64,000 nt of DNA from a bacterium (GCA_043803945.1 JAZDJN010000087.1:64001-128000), one strand, 5' to 3'; shown: positions 1-9,944, counted from the first letter of the stretch. Program-made: numbers and translations. Notes: generated by a model not told the origin, from the letters alone.

Positions 1-603
1 GAAAATGAGATGGAATCCGAAAATTGTCGGAGCGGTCGTCCAGGCATTGTACCCAAGCAGTTGATCCGGGGTAACTGTTCCTCCTGCAGCAAGAACGGCC
101 TCTGCCGCCTGATGAGCACTGCGATAATCCACAGCAAGCCATGCAGGGAAATGAATTCCCAAACCCGCCATCAACTGATGAAAATATGCCGCCCAGCCGA
201 TTGCCACCGCAACATTGCCAACGGCATATTCGATGATCAAGTCCCACCCGATGATCCAGGCAACCAACTCACCGAGCGTGGCATAGGAATAGGTGTAAGC
301 GCTGCCGGCAATCGGCACGAGAGCTGCAAACTCTGCATAGCAGAGGGCACAAAATGCACACGCAACTGCGGTAATGATAAAAGAGAGCGAGACTGCCGGG
401 CCAGCTCCAAGGTGACCGGCACCGCCGGCTGCAGCCGTTCCGATAATGGCGAAAATTCCGGTACCGATGATGGCACCGATGCCGAGGGCAATCAAGTCGA
501 TGGAGCCGAGGGAACGTTTCAGGTGAACTTCACCTGACCGTTCAGCATCTGCTGTTATTTGATCGAGGTCTTTACGACGAAACATCTGTGTCTTATTCAT
601 CAT
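1..603 (-). CDS. Amino acid permease (APC family), 3' end runs off the window
   Basis: Not in the ORF track. Manual translation MMNKTQMFRRKDLDQITADAERSGEVHLKRSLGSIDLIALGIGAIIGTGIF...CYAEFAALVPIAGSAYTYSYATLGELVAWIIGWDL shows the classic cationic amino-acid permease motifs. Confidence 0.93.
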   Translation of the reverse strand, partial: MMNKTQMFRRKDLDQITADAERSGEVHLKRSLGSIDLIALGIGAIIGTGIFAIIGTAAAGGAGHLGAGPAVSLSFIITAVACAFCALCYAEFAALVPIAGSAYTYSYATLGELVAWIIGWDLIIEYAVGNVAVAIGWAAYFHQLMAGLGIHFPAWLAVDYRSAHQAAEAVLAAGGTVTPDQLLGYNAWTTAPTIFGFHLIF

Positions 604-911
604 TTCACGTTGTAGTGGGGGGAGACCATGCACTCATAGTTCAGGGTGCCGATGATTACAGCAATGCAGGATACTACTTATTATTGTCGGATTGTTCAAG
701 CTTTTTTTGATGGACTAATCCACCGCATCAATGTGCCATGAAGGTATCGGGGGACAAGGGCCTTCTCTCCATTCACCAGAATCTCGACCGAACCATCGTT
801 CTCTTGTGCGGGTATTAGGATCTGTTACCGCTCGAATGGAGGAATGATCGTTGTCAACACCCTTTGGGTAAGAATTGCTCTGATATCGTTCACCGGAATA
901 CCCTTGAAGGA

Positions 912-2669
912 TTATCCGCCAAAAATAATAAGTTGGATTTCATCGGGCAAATAGGTCGTCAGCGATTTCATCACATTCCCCTTAAGCACTTTTTCAAGGA
1001 GATTGCGCTTTGTGACCCCGATGATCACCCGGTCGACACCGAACGTTGCGGCATGCTCGGAGATGGTATATCCGACATCATAGCTCGGGATGGAAACCAA
1101 CTGGAAGTCGATGCCCGAAGCACTGCACATCTCCTCGACGTGATCTTCGAATCCGTTCGACGACATCTCAATTTTTGAAGGTAATGCTCCCACGGCAATT
1201 TCTTTGATGCGAATAATGAAGAGAAGCGCTTTTCGTTGTTTGGCCTCTTCGATGGAAAACTTGAGAAGCTTATCATTCACTTCCTTCATGGCCAGCAGAA
1301 ATTTTGTGGAAGGTATGGAGGTCCGCCGTCTCTTGCGTATGGACGAGATGATCGGCTGCGCCAATTCAGTGACCGGGACCTGCTTGCCGAACTTCGATTT
1401 TGCAAATTGGCGGGCAGCGAGGCCGGCACCGAGAATGAGCGCGGCAAAAATTGTCGCCTCAACCTTGTTCAAAGCGATTGATACTTCGATCGCTGCCATG
1501 ACCACCGCCGAAACAATCATAAGAATCTTGACACCCGATTTCATGCTCACGGTGGGATCGGTTGCCGTCGAGCCAAGATTAATCGTAATTGCACCGACAA
1601 GGCCAATGGCATATAAATGAGAGAGGGTTTCAACATCGGGAAGAATGATAAGCACGATTATTGGTATCAGCGTTGTGATAACCAGCGGTAGAATCGGAAC
1701 GCCATGTCTGTTGAGAATCCGAAGTGACCGGGGCAATTCCTTATCGACAGACATCAAAAATTGGACGGAGATAAGGCCATTCAATGCTGTGTTTCCGGCT
1801 GAGATCAATAAAACACCGAGTGAAAGCGCAAGCACCCAGCCAAACCATTCGCCCACATAATGCACACCCAGAAAGCGAAGCATATTCTCAAGGTGGTCTC
1901 CGGGATTAAGGCCGGGGATCGCGTGCAAGGCTAATCCAAGGAACACATTTGCAATAATGACCTTGAATAGAACACTGAGAATTGCATTGCGTGAATCACG
2001 CGCGGGATCTTTCATCAATCCGGTCATGTTCGAGATAGCTTCAATGCCGGAGAGACTCAGGATAAAACCTGTGAAGAGCCCCCAATTGTGAAAAAAGCTT
2101 CCTTTCGGGAACTCAATATGTGCTTGCGTGAAAGCTGCGGGTGCGGAGAAGAAAATGACCACCACCAGCGTTACCACCGTGAAGGCGGAGATAATAACGG
2201 CAAGGCTGCCCGAATGTCTCGGTCCAAACCAATTAACAACGCCAAGGCCGATAATCACCAGGATTGCAATCAGTAAAGGATTTCCAAAGCTAAGGTAGTG
2301 GCATGCATCGAGAATGGAGAGGGCCATCGTAACGATATAATCCGCTCCCAGCAACAGTGCGCCGATGACTGCCAGTAATTTTGAACGGTGATACACCGAA
2401 TTATAAACACCGCCTCCATTGGGATAGAGGCGACAGATAGTGATATAATTAAGGGCGACGATGGTCGTTAAGACCATCATGGAGGAGAGATGCCAGAAAC
2501 TGGAATATCCAGCAAGGGCAAATCCAATGCCCATGACATAGGCAACACTGGTACCCCAATCGCCATCCAGAATTGCAGCACTGCGTATCCACCCAAGTAC
2601 TCTGGGGCGACTGGTCGCATATTCGACAACAACAGGATGTTTAGCAGATGGTGAAGCTTCTGTATCCAA
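912..2669 (-). CDS. APC-superfamily permease with C-terminal USP-like domain (possibly a KimA-like K+ transporter)
   Basis: About 12 hydrophobic helices, TM1 GDWGTSVAY, TM6 LSGIEAISN; C-terminal USP-like segment (VDRVIIGVTKRNLLEKVLKGNV). TTG start uncertain. Confidence 0.8.
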   Translation of the reverse strand: MDTEASPSAKHPVVVEYATSRPRVLGWIRSAAILDGDWGTSVAYVMGIGFALAGYSSFWHLSSMMVLTTIVALNYITICRLYPNGGGVYNSVYHRSKLLAVIGALLLGADYIVTMALSILDACHYLSFGNPLLIAILVIIGLGVVNWFGPRHSGSLAVIISAFTVVTLVVVIFFSAPAAFTQAHIEFPKGSFFHNWGLFTGFILSLSGIEAISNMTGLMKDPARDSRNAILSVLFKVIIANVFLGLALHAIPGLNPGDHLENMLRFLGVHYVGEWFGWVLALSLGVLLISAGNTALNGLISVQFLMSVDKELPRSLRILNRHGVPILPLVITTLIPIIVLIILPDVETLSHLYAIGLVGAITINLGSTATDPTVSMKSGVKILMIVSAVVMAAIEVSIALNKVEATIFAALILGAGLAARQFAKSKFGKQVPVTELAQPIISSIRKRRRTSIPSTKFLLAMKEVNDKLLKFSIEEAKQRKALLFIIRIKEIAVGALPSKIEMSSNGFEDHVEEMCSASGIDFQLVSIPSYDVGYTISEHAATFGVDRVIIGVTKRNLLEKVLKGNVMKSLTTYLPDEIQLIIFGG

Positions 2670-2692
2670 GGAAAAGGAACTCAGTTGTGAAC

Positions 2693-2729
2693 AATAGAAA
2701 AGCCGAGGCGATGGAGATTGCCTCGGCTT
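2693..2729 (-). terminator. Rho-independent terminator after the tonB operon
   Basis: Minus strand reads AAGCCGAGGCAAT-CTCC-ATCGCCTCGGCTT followed by TTCTATT. Confidence 0.8.
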
Positions 2730-2754
2730 CCCTCATCTAGCGGGGACAATAGTA

Positions 2755-3762
2755 TCACTTAATCTTTATGGAAGCAACTACCTTTTCAAAGGCAGGCAGG
2801 TAGTTGTTCTTCTTTTCAGAGAAGAAATTTAGGATAACCCTGTAAAATTTGTCGTTTTTAACCACAAAATAGACGCGGCTATCGACACCCTTTACTGAAG
2901 AATAATTGATATAGAGCGCTTTCTGGCCATCAATGGTTGTTTCCCCCTTCGAAGTCGCCTTGAAGGATTTTGAATTCTGTTCGAAGAGTTTGTCTACTGT
3001 TAATTTTTGGGCCTCTCGAACATCAATCTGGATATAGGTATCAACCCTGTACCCCACGATTTGCATAGCAAATTTGACATCCTTTTTTGCTTCCGGCAGT
3101 TTCAGGGAGTAGTTATCCGGATGGATTAACTCGAGAAAGTCATTCGACATCTTAACAAAATCGGGTGAGGGCAATGACGGATCGGCAATTTCTGCTGCAG
3201 TCTTCGGGCGCGGCAGCTTTGCCGACGCGATGAAGCTGTCGAGCACGGCTTTGTGTGCCGCAAAATACTCGTTGAAGCCGGAATAGGTCGCCGTATACAG
3301 AACTGAATCTTTCACAGCAAAGAGACGAACTGCGGCAAACTTTGTTTTTGCATCGTAGGCTCCATTGTACGATACTTTGGATGCGGGAACATCTTCCAAC
3401 GTCGTCTGTTCAACAGCATCGACGGTATAATTTTCTCCCTTCAGGTCTTTCTGGCAATCCTGAGCCATCTTTTCAACTGTATCGACAGTGTCAAGACGAT
3501 TATAGGAGATTGTCAGTTGACTGCCATCAGGGTTGCCCGAGGTCGGATCGAAAAACTTTTGTACGGATGCTTCAGAGGATGTAATCGTCACCTTGGCTCC
3601 GTCCGAGGTCACTTTCCAATCCTTCGGATAAGTAAATTGTACCTTGAAGTATGGATCCTGGTATTTACTCCAGGCCAGGATTGGTTCAGGCGCGGTTTTC
3701 TGACTGCACCCCGCCAGAATGCCAAGAGCGAGCATGAACACCCCGAGAATTTTATAGTTCAT
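2755..3762 (-). CDS. Lipoprotein with two PsbP/Mog1-like domains
   Basis: Lipobox LAGC; two repeats of the pattern F.YPxDW / TTIDGQKA / FVVKNDKFY / FEKVVASIK; AAGGAG RBS favours ATG 3762. Confidence 0.7.
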   Translation of the reverse strand: MNYKILGVFMLALGILAGCSQKTAPEPILAWSKYQDPYFKVQFTYPKDWKVTSDGAKVTITSSEASVQKFFDPTSGNPDGSQLTISYNRLDTVDTVEKMAQDCQKDLKGENYTVDAVEQTTLEDVPASKVSYNGAYDAKTKFAAVRLFAVKDSVLYTATYSGFNEYFAAHKAVLDSFIASAKLPRPKTAAEIADPSLPSPDFVKMSNDFLELIHPDNYSLKLPEAKKDVKFAMQIVGYRVDTYIQIDVREAQKLTVDKLFEQNSKSFKATSKGETTIDGQKALYINYSSVKGVDSRVYFVVKNDKFYRVILNFFSEKKNNYLPAFEKVVASIKIK

Positions 3763-3807
3763 CATGACTCCTTTCATGAGTAGAGATCTACAGTGAGTAA
3801 GGGAAGT

Positions 3808-3933
3808 TTAGAAGTAACTAATCAGCAGATAGATAGCGACAAAGACAAGAACCGCTGTCATGAGGCCAATAAAAACATAAAATCCGGTAACAGGATTATC
3901 GCCCGATATCGCTTTCACTTTTTCTTCAGCCAT
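3808..3933 (-). CDS. 41-aa single-TM microprotein
   Basis: MAEEKVKAISGDNPVTGFYVFIGLMTAVLVFVAIYLLISYF; AGAAAGGA RBS 8 nt upstream; fills the gap between co-oriented operon genes. Confidence 0.75.
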   Translation of the reverse strand: MAEEKVKAISGDNPVTGFYVFIGLMTAVLVFVAIYLLISYF

Positions 3934-3959
3934 GGTTTACATCCTTTCTTCAACCCGGT

Positions 3960-5657
3960 TTATCTAAAGAGATCTAAGAGTTCGATTGCTTTTTTATAAT
4001 CGGCGTTATTGGGATCAAGCTTGGAAGCTTTTTCATACGCTTGCCTTGCATCGTCCTTTTTTCCGAGACCTTGATAAGCACCGCCAAGGAAATACCAAAT
4101 TTGTGCGTTATTGCCATCCAGCTTCAACGCTTTCTGAAAATTATCAATTGCTGGTTCATAGCGTTTATCAGATAAATAACTAATCCCGATGGTATTATAA
4201 GCATTGAGGTACGTTTTCTTTTCATACTTTGTGGAAGATCCCTTTGTCAACTGCAGAAACTTTTGATAGGCCTCTGAGGCCTGTTTGAGTGAATCCACCT
4301 TCTCCTTTGTTTGAAAGCTTAGGTAGGTTTGCGCCAGGGAGAGATACACGCGCTCATTATTATTGTCAATGGTAATTAATTCTATCAATGCTTTTCGTGC
4401 TAAATCCCACCGCTTTAATTGGAGATTACACGAGGCATAATTTTGCATTGCAATGGCTGCCGATTTTGAGGTGTCACCTCGAAACCGTTTTTCAAACATC
4501 TCCGCCGCTTTTTCCCATTGCTCAGATTTCATATATATATACCCAAGCTGAGAGTAAAAATCTTTTTGCGTCGGGTCGAACTTTACAGCTTCTTCAATCT
4601 CTGCAAGCATTTCGGCTTGTTTCTTTGTTTCGCTGTATGCTTCAATTAAACGTTTGTAGTCATCAATAGTAAACTTATCGACTTTTTTGAGCTGCAGCGA
4701 CCACTCGATCACTTTCTCATATTTCTTTGCATTGCTGTTAAACGCAATAGCCATTTTCAACGCACGAACATTTTTAGGGTCTGTTTGTAATACTCGTTCT
4801 GCTGCTTTCGCTGCTTCCGAATAGTTCTTCGTGCGATAGTTACTTTCCATAAACATCATCCACACTTCTTCAACCTTTGAATCTTTTGGCCATCGATCAA
4901 GATATGACTTCAGGTAGGGTAATGTTTGGGGATACATACTGTTCTGGAACAGAATCTTAGAAATTTTAAAATTAATTTCCTGATTATCCGGATTAAGATC
5001 GAGGACTTTCTTAAAAACCCGTACTGCTTCTGTCCCTTTCCGCTCCTTAAGATAGGCCCATCCTAACTTCTCGGCGAGCAACTCATTCTTTGGATCGAAT
5101 TCAAATGCTTTTTCATATTGAGGAATGGCATACGCAAGCACACCCATTTTCTGATAGGCATCACCAAGACCCTGGAAGACCTCTGAAGAGTTGGGATTCA
5201 TATCCTTCGCCTGGGTATAGACGACAACGGCACGGTCCACCGAATCCATCAGCATTAACACACTGGCAAGTTTCAACCGCAGCAGAAAGCTCCCTTTTTT
5301 GATTTTCAATCCTGAGATGAGGCTTTGGTGCGCCCCTTTGAAGTCTTTCAACGCAAGGTAGGCATTGGCCAGAGCGAGGTGCGATTCTTCACTTTCATCG
5401 TCGATGTCAATTGCCTTTTGTGCCGTAACCATGGCAGAATCATGCTTGCCCAGGATATTATAAGCCTGCGACAGGCCTTGCCATGCTTCGGCATTTTTCG
5501 GATTCGTCTGCAGAATCTGGAGAAAGAAGGGAATTGCTTCCTTTGGCTTTCCCTGTTTCAGTGCCTCTTTTCCTTTTTCCAACTGCGCTTGTGCCAATAC
5601 CATGGAGACACTCAACGCGGCCAGCAGAAGTGCAATCGCTAGTAGTTTCGTTCTCAT
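3960..5657 (-). CDS. Secreted tetratricopeptide-repeat protein
   Basis: Signal peptide followed by many TPR motifs (e.g. AQIWYFLGGAYQGLGKKDDARQAYEKASKLDPNN). Confidence 0.9.
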   Translation of the reverse strand: MRTKLLAIALLLAALSVSMVLAQAQLEKGKEALKQGKPKEAIPFFLQILQTNPKNAEAWQGLSQAYNILGKHDSAMVTAQKAIDIDDESEESHLALANAYLALKDFKGAHQSLISGLKIKKGSFLLRLKLASVLMLMDSVDRAVVVYTQAKDMNPNSSEVFQGLGDAYQKMGVLAYAIPQYEKAFEFDPKNELLAEKLGWAYLKERKGTEAVRVFKKVLDLNPDNQEINFKISKILFQNSMYPQTLPYLKSYLDRWPKDSKVEEVWMMFMESNYRTKNYSEAAKAAERVLQTDPKNVRALKMAIAFNSNAKKYEKVIEWSLQLKKVDKFTIDDYKRLIEAYSETKKQAEMLAEIEEAVKFDPTQKDFYSQLGYIYMKSEQWEKAAEMFEKRFRGDTSKSAAIAMQNYASCNLQLKRWDLARKALIELITIDNNNERVYLSLAQTYLSFQTKEKVDSLKQASEAYQKFLQLTKGSSTKYEKKTYLNAYNTIGISYLSDKRYEPAIDNFQKALKLDGNNAQIWYFLGGAYQGLGKKDDARQAYEKASKLDPNNADYKKAIELLDLFR

Positions 5658-5663
5658 CAGTCA

Positions 5664-6593
5664 TTACTCCGATATTAATAGAACTTCTCGTTTAGGAATT
5701 TCCCGTGGAACAAGTCCGGCATCTTGCAGAATCTTTTGTCCGTTGAATTTCAGCATGAAATCCGCAAATCCGGTTGCCACCGCCGATCTTCTTTCCCGCG
5801 TATAGATATACAGCGTATAGCGAAACGGATAACGAGCATCATACACCGTTTCTTGTGTTAAGCGAACATTCTGCACAACCTTCTGTGAATCAACCGTCGT
5901 GAAGTCGAGAACCCGGACATACTGCCGGAGGCCTTGCACTTTATTCTGTGTCGTGTCCTTTAAAAAGGCATTCGAGACGATTCCGATGGCATTCTGTTGC
6001 GCTGCAACGTAACGCATCACATCAAGCTGGATTCCCATCGGAGCCTTAAGGGGCAATGCACCTACTGAGGAAAAATATTCCTGCTGCAGATGATCGTAGA
6101 GCCCGGTATTCGCTCCGGTTGTACTTGTTTCAATCGGTCCGGTCAGCCTCGAACCGCTAATCGCCCGCCAGTCTGTGATGACACCGGTGAACATGTCTCT
6201 GCATTGATCGAGCGAAGTTCTCCGCATCCCATTCTGCAGATTCACAATCACGGCAAACGCATCGAACCCAAGAATCCCAAGAAGAACGGGAGGTTCCGAT
6301 TGAGCGATGAATTTCCTTTCTTCCTCATTCATCCTTCTGTCGATGATGATCGACCGAACCGTGCCATTCGCCATCTCAACAATTGCCTGACGTGTGGACA
6401 CTCCCTCAACCATTATGACTGCTTCAGGATATAAGCGCTGGTAGAGTTCAGCCCCTCGTGCTGCAACGACCAGGAGCGGCTCGGAGGCTAAAACCTTCAG
6501 CGTTCCCTTTCGTGTGGTCTCTTCCGGCTCTTTATGGGTATTGCACGAACTGAGCACGAGAGCCAGAATCATGGCGAGCACTCCGTGCTTCAT
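5664..6593 (-). CDS. PstS-like substrate-binding lipoprotein
   Basis: Lipobox LSSC; DAFAVIVN, ITDW, NAIGIVS, YPFRYTLYIY, GQKILQDAGLVP are typical of PstS-family PBP domains. Confidence 0.8.
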   Translation of the reverse strand: MKHGVLAMILALVLSSCNTHKEPEETTRKGTLKVLASEPLLVVAARGAELYQRLYPEAVIMVEGVSTRQAIVEMANGTVRSIIIDRRMNEEERKFIAQSEPPVLLGILGFDAFAVIVNLQNGMRRTSLDQCRDMFTGVITDWRAISGSRLTGPIETSTTGANTGLYDHLQQEYFSSVGALPLKAPMGIQLDVMRYVAAQQNAIGIVSNAFLKDTTQNKVQGLRQYVRVLDFTTVDSQKVVQNVRLTQETVYDARYPFRYTLYIYTRERRSAVATGFADFMLKFNGQKILQDAGLVPREIPKREVLLISE

Positions 6594-6814
6594 TGTTCTT
6601 GCTCTTCCTGTTGTTCCTCTTGTTCAGCAGCCCTCCGCTGACGCCAGCGTGTCATAAACAATCTGTAGACTCCCCACACCATGAGCACCCCGCCGAACAT
6701 ATACCGGTAATTCGGTTCCATCCGTTCTATGGTGATGATGTTAATGATCAACAACATGCCGAGTAAACAGAAAATGGCGGCGAAACTATAACCAATGACT
6801 GACGAAGCGTTCAT
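6590..6814 (-). CDS. Small two-TM membrane protein
   Basis: Two hydrophobic helices, FGGVLMVWGVYR, 4-nt overlap with the next gene, AGGAGG upstream. Confidence 0.75.
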   Translation of the reverse strand: MNASSVIGYSFAAIFCLLGMLLIINIITIERMEPNYRYMFGGVLMVWGVYRLFMTRWRQRRAAEQEEQQEEQEQ

Positions 6815-6935
6815 GACTTCTGCCTCCTTGCCTCTGAAAAACAGCGAAAGGGTCAGAATGGTATTCGTTTCATTCTTCCGTCGCCGCAGGATCTCTTACC
6901 GGAAGAAACACTCATTCTCACCCTTTCACAGGTGT

Positions 6936-7676
6936 TTATTTTCCAGTCAGGCGAAACTTAAAGGGTATCGTTACCCACACTGCCACCGGACCATTCTTCA
7001 TCATCGCCGGAGTGAACGCATACTGCATAGCAGCTTCCACCGACGGTTCGTTGAATATCTCTGCATCGCTTTTCAGAACCGACGCCCTCTTTGGTTTCCC
7101 TTCTTTATCGACCCAGATCTTGACGTGAACAGTACCTTCAAGACCTGCGCGCATTGCAAGCTCAGGGTATTTTGGCTTCACTTCTTTCACGATTTCAGGA
7201 TTCTTTTCCACCGGTACAAAATCCGGGGGCGGTTCGTTGTCATCGAGCTTGATATCCACATCGCCTTTTTCAATCTCAACACCCTTGCCATCGCCCTGGT
7301 CGATCACCGGAGCAGTTTCCTGGTTCATCTCAGTTTGCGTTGCGAAAACCTGCTCGGGGCTCACTTCGGCATCAGGAACCGGAACAGGAATACCGATGCT
7401 TGGTTTCACCGCGGCAGAAGGCGCTGCAACCTGAGGTGCCATCGCTGTATTGGTAATCGAGGGGGGCGGACCTAAATCCTTCAGCTTCAGTCTAGGGCGA
7501 ATCATGATCGTCGGCTCTTCCTCTCCGGCAAACAGGTCGGGGGCATAATACGCAAAGATACCCAGCCCATGGAACAACGCAGAGATGGTGAGAGCGTAGG
7601 TAAGATACCGTTTATAAATCTTCTTCAGTTCTACGTAGCCGTAATCGACTTTTCTGTCAATAATTAAGACTTCCAT
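6936..7676 (-). CDS. tonB: Energy transducer TonB
   Basis: N-terminal TM with His, Pro-rich linker, C-terminal PKYPELAMRAGLEGTVHVKIWVDKEG...FTPA TonB_C domain. Confidence 0.92.
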   Translation of the reverse strand: MEVLIIDRKVDYGYVELKKIYKRYLTYALTISALFHGLGIFAYYAPDLFAGEEEPTIMIRPRLKLKDLGPPPSITNTAMAPQVAAPSAAVKPSIGIPVPVPDAEVSPEQVFATQTEMNQETAPVIDQGDGKGVEIEKGDVDIKLDDNEPPPDFVPVEKNPEIVKEVKPKYPELAMRAGLEGTVHVKIWVDKEGKPKRASVLKSDAEIFNEPSVEAAMQYAFTPAMMKNGPVAVWVTIPFKFRLTGK

Positions 7677-7739
7677 TATAATCTCCTTTCCTAATTCGTT
7701 GTCCTCGCGGTATTCTCTAGAGCGAGAATATTCAATCTA

Positions 7740-8243
7740 TTAGGAGGTTTTTGCTTTTTCCATATAGCGTTTATCGGCATCTGTCATCCGGCCTGGGCTG
7801 ATGCGTGCAATGCCGGCATTTTTAATTTCATCATAGATGTCCATAAACATTTTATATGTTCCATCCCGATCGATCTTAAAGAGAACGACAAGGTTCGGGA
7901 CACTTTGCTTTTTGTCGGCGAGAAGTTTGTTGAGATCCTTTTGTTCAATGATTGTCGGAGTTTCAGAGCCCATTGCCCAGAAGATCTTTCCGATAGGATC
8001 AACGCGTAATATGAGGAGGCTCGATTCTCCAACCTCGACTTGAGTTTTCTCATCCGGAGGCAAATTAATCTCGATCACTTGCGGCTGACTGAAATAGGTT
8101 GTCAGCATAAAGAACGTCAGGAGAAGAAATGCAACGTCCACCATTGGCGTCATATCGATGCGTATTGATAGTCGTCTTTTTTTCTTTTTCTTGGACCCTT
8201 TTTTACCTTTTTCCTTTTTTTCCGGGGAATCAACTGCGCCCAT
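7740..8243 (-). CDS. exbD: Biopolymer transporter ExbD
   Basis: IDMTPMVDVAFLLLTFFML motif. Confidence 0.92.
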   Translation of the reverse strand: MGAVDSPEKKEKGKKGSKKKKKRRLSIRIDMTPMVDVAFLLLTFFMLTTYFSQPQVIEINLPPDEKTQVEVGESSLLILRVDPIGKIFWAMGSETPTIIEQKDLNKLLADKKQSVPNLVVLFKIDRDGTYKMFMDIYDEIKNAGIARISPGRMTDADKRYMEKAKTS

Positions 8244-8255
8244 AGTTCATCTCCA

Positions 8256-8723
8256 TTAACTTTTTTCTACTTCAGTGACAAAACTGAATCGTGTGATATT
8301 GAGTTGTTGAAGAATGCGCATAACATCTTCAACTTTGGCATAGGGAGCGCCCTTGTCGCCCTTGATCACTGTGCGGAGCTTAATATTGGATACGCGTGCG
8401 TTTTGAATGATATCCGGTAATTCTTTGATATCCGAAATGGGCTCACCTTTTCTCAATCTGGCTGCCTCGCCAAAAATTTTAACCCGGTCTCGCTGCGAAT
8501 CCAACCCGACAAAGAGATCACCGTTTTTTCCGACCGTAATGGTCATAACGTTCGTTTCCGGCAGGACAACATCTGCATGGGCTTCAGGCATCTCGATCTG
8601 GACAATTTCAGGTGGACGAAACGATGTCGTCATCATAAAAAAGGTCAGCAACAACATCGCCACATCGACCATCGGTGTCATGTCGATCTTAACACTCAGG
8701 CGTTTCTTTTTTAATTTCGCCAT
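8256..8723 (-). CDS. exbD: Biopolymer transporter ExbD
   Basis: IDMTPMVDVAMLLLTFFMMTT and IKGDKGAPY motifs. Confidence 0.92.
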   Translation of the reverse strand: MAKLKKKRLSVKIDMTPMVDVAMLLLTFFMMTTSFRPPEIVQIEMPEAHADVVLPETNVMTITVGKNGDLFVGLDSQRDRVKIFGEAARLRKGEPISDIKELPDIIQNARVSNIKLRTVIKGDKGAPYAKVEDVMRILQQLNITRFSFVTEVEKS

Positions 8724-8741
8724 GGAAAATGACCTCCGCTG

Positions 8742-9476
8742 TTACTTGGATTTCTTGACTTCTTTCGTTGCCAAGGTTTGGATAATGGAATAGCTCGCCT
8801 CATCGATCATATAGGTGAAATTATCGACCTTTGTCGTGAAAAAGTTGTAAGCGAGGATACCGAGAATAGCCGCAATGAGTCCACCGGCAGTGTTGATCAA
8901 TGCTTCGGAAATTCCAAGAGCGAGTTGGATAGGATCAGCGCTGCCGCCTTTCGCCATTGCGCCAAACGATCTGATCATTCCAATAACGGTTCCAAGCAAT
9001 CCCCACATGGTTGCAATCGAAGCGATGGTCGAAAGTGCAACCAGGTTCTTTTCCAGCAAGGGTACTTCAAGCATCATGGCTTCGTCAATGGCATGCTGAA
9101 TTTCTTCCATCACGGCCTTTTGGTCTTTCGCTCCCTCGGTGAGGACGATCTTATAGCGATCGAGTCCAGTGCGGATGACGTTAGCGCAGGAACCGCGTTG
9201 TTTATCACAGGCAGCAATTGCCGCGTCGATGTTGCTCTTGTTAATTTCCATGGTAACGTTCTTCAGGAACACTGCCAGAGAACCGCGTCCCTGGGCTTTC
9301 TTCAGCGAGAAGACACGCTCAACGATGAATGTCGCAACCATAATGGTCATCGCGATCAATCCGATGACGAGGGGTCCGCCCTCTTTGATAAACGTCGGCA
9401 TGAAATATTCAAAAATCACCCACGAGATAATCAGTGCAATAACCAGCACGCTCGAGATAAATACAGACTGCTTCAT
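8742..9476 (-). CDS. exbB: MotA/TolQ/ExbB proton channel
   Basis: LSTIASIATMWGLLGTVIGMIRSF...GISEALINTAGG. Confidence 0.93.
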   Translation of the reverse strand: MKQSVFISSVLVIALIISWVIFEYFMPTFIKEGGPLVIGLIAMTIMVATFIVERVFSLKKAQGRGSLAVFLKNVTMEINKSNIDAAIAACDKQRGSCANVIRTGLDRYKIVLTEGAKDQKAVMEEIQHAIDEAMMLEVPLLEKNLVALSTIASIATMWGLLGTVIGMIRSFGAMAKGGSADPIQLALGISEALINTAGGLIAAILGILAYNFFTTKVDNFTYMIDEASYSIIQTLATKEVKKSK

Positions 9477-9509
9477 GTGTAGATCTCCTTTTGTTGATGG
9501 TATAGAAAA

Positions 9510-9860
9510 TTATTTCTTGCTAAAACTATTGACCGCGTCATCCCGGGATTCTTCAATATCAAAAACGCTGGCAAGACGCGTAATGACGAAGACGTTTTGA
9601 ACACCTTTGCCCATGCGGCACAATTTGATTTTGCCTTCGGCTTTCGTATACATTGTATGAATGCCAACCAGCGCTCCAATCCCCGAACTGTTCACGTAGG
9701 TAACATTCCCTAGATCGAGCACCATTTTTTTATTCCCCTGCTCTATGAGGTCTTTTGCTTTTGCTTTCAGCTCGTCCGTTTCCTCGCCGCCGATCAATGA
9801 CCCACGCGGTTCAAGAACTGCGATCTCGAGGTTGTTTAAGGTTGAGACTTTTGTTGCCAT
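9510..9860 (-). CDS. STAS-domain anti-sigma-factor antagonist
   Basis: VLDLGNVTYVNSSGIGALV (SpoIIAA/RsbV phosphoserine motif); AGGAGA RBS. Confidence 0.92.
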   Translation of the reverse strand: MATKVSTLNNLEIAVLEPRGSLIGGEETDELKAKAKDLIEQGNKKMVLDLGNVTYVNSSGIGALVGIHTMYTKAEGKIKLCRMGKGVQNVFVITRLASVFDIEESRDDAVNSFSKK

Positions 9861-9928
9861 AGGTTCTCCTTCCTAGAAATGGCTCTCAAAATAGCTAGCT
9901 TATTAATTTCTTCTGTATTGATATGTAC

Positions 9929-9944
9929 TGCAAGCAATGTGCCA
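9929..9944 (-). promoter_or_regulatory. Sigma54 (-24/-12) promoter
   Basis: Minus strand TGGCACATTGCTTGCA has exact GG-N10-GC spacing, about 70 nt upstream of the STAS gene and directly downstream of a sigma54 activator gene. Confidence 0.8.

Noticed and set aside
10-537. 175-aa plus-strand ORF and similar shadow ORFs (e.g. 6795-7475, 8778-9482, 52582-53457)
   Set aside because: Antisense to clearly recognisable genes
697-892. Minus-strand protein-like stretch interrupted by one TAA between the two APC genes
   Set aside because: No recognisable motif or RBS; cannot be told from chance
2670-2754. c-di-AMP riboswitch ahead of the KimA-like gene
   Set aside because: The gap is only about 85 nt and is occupied by a simple terminator
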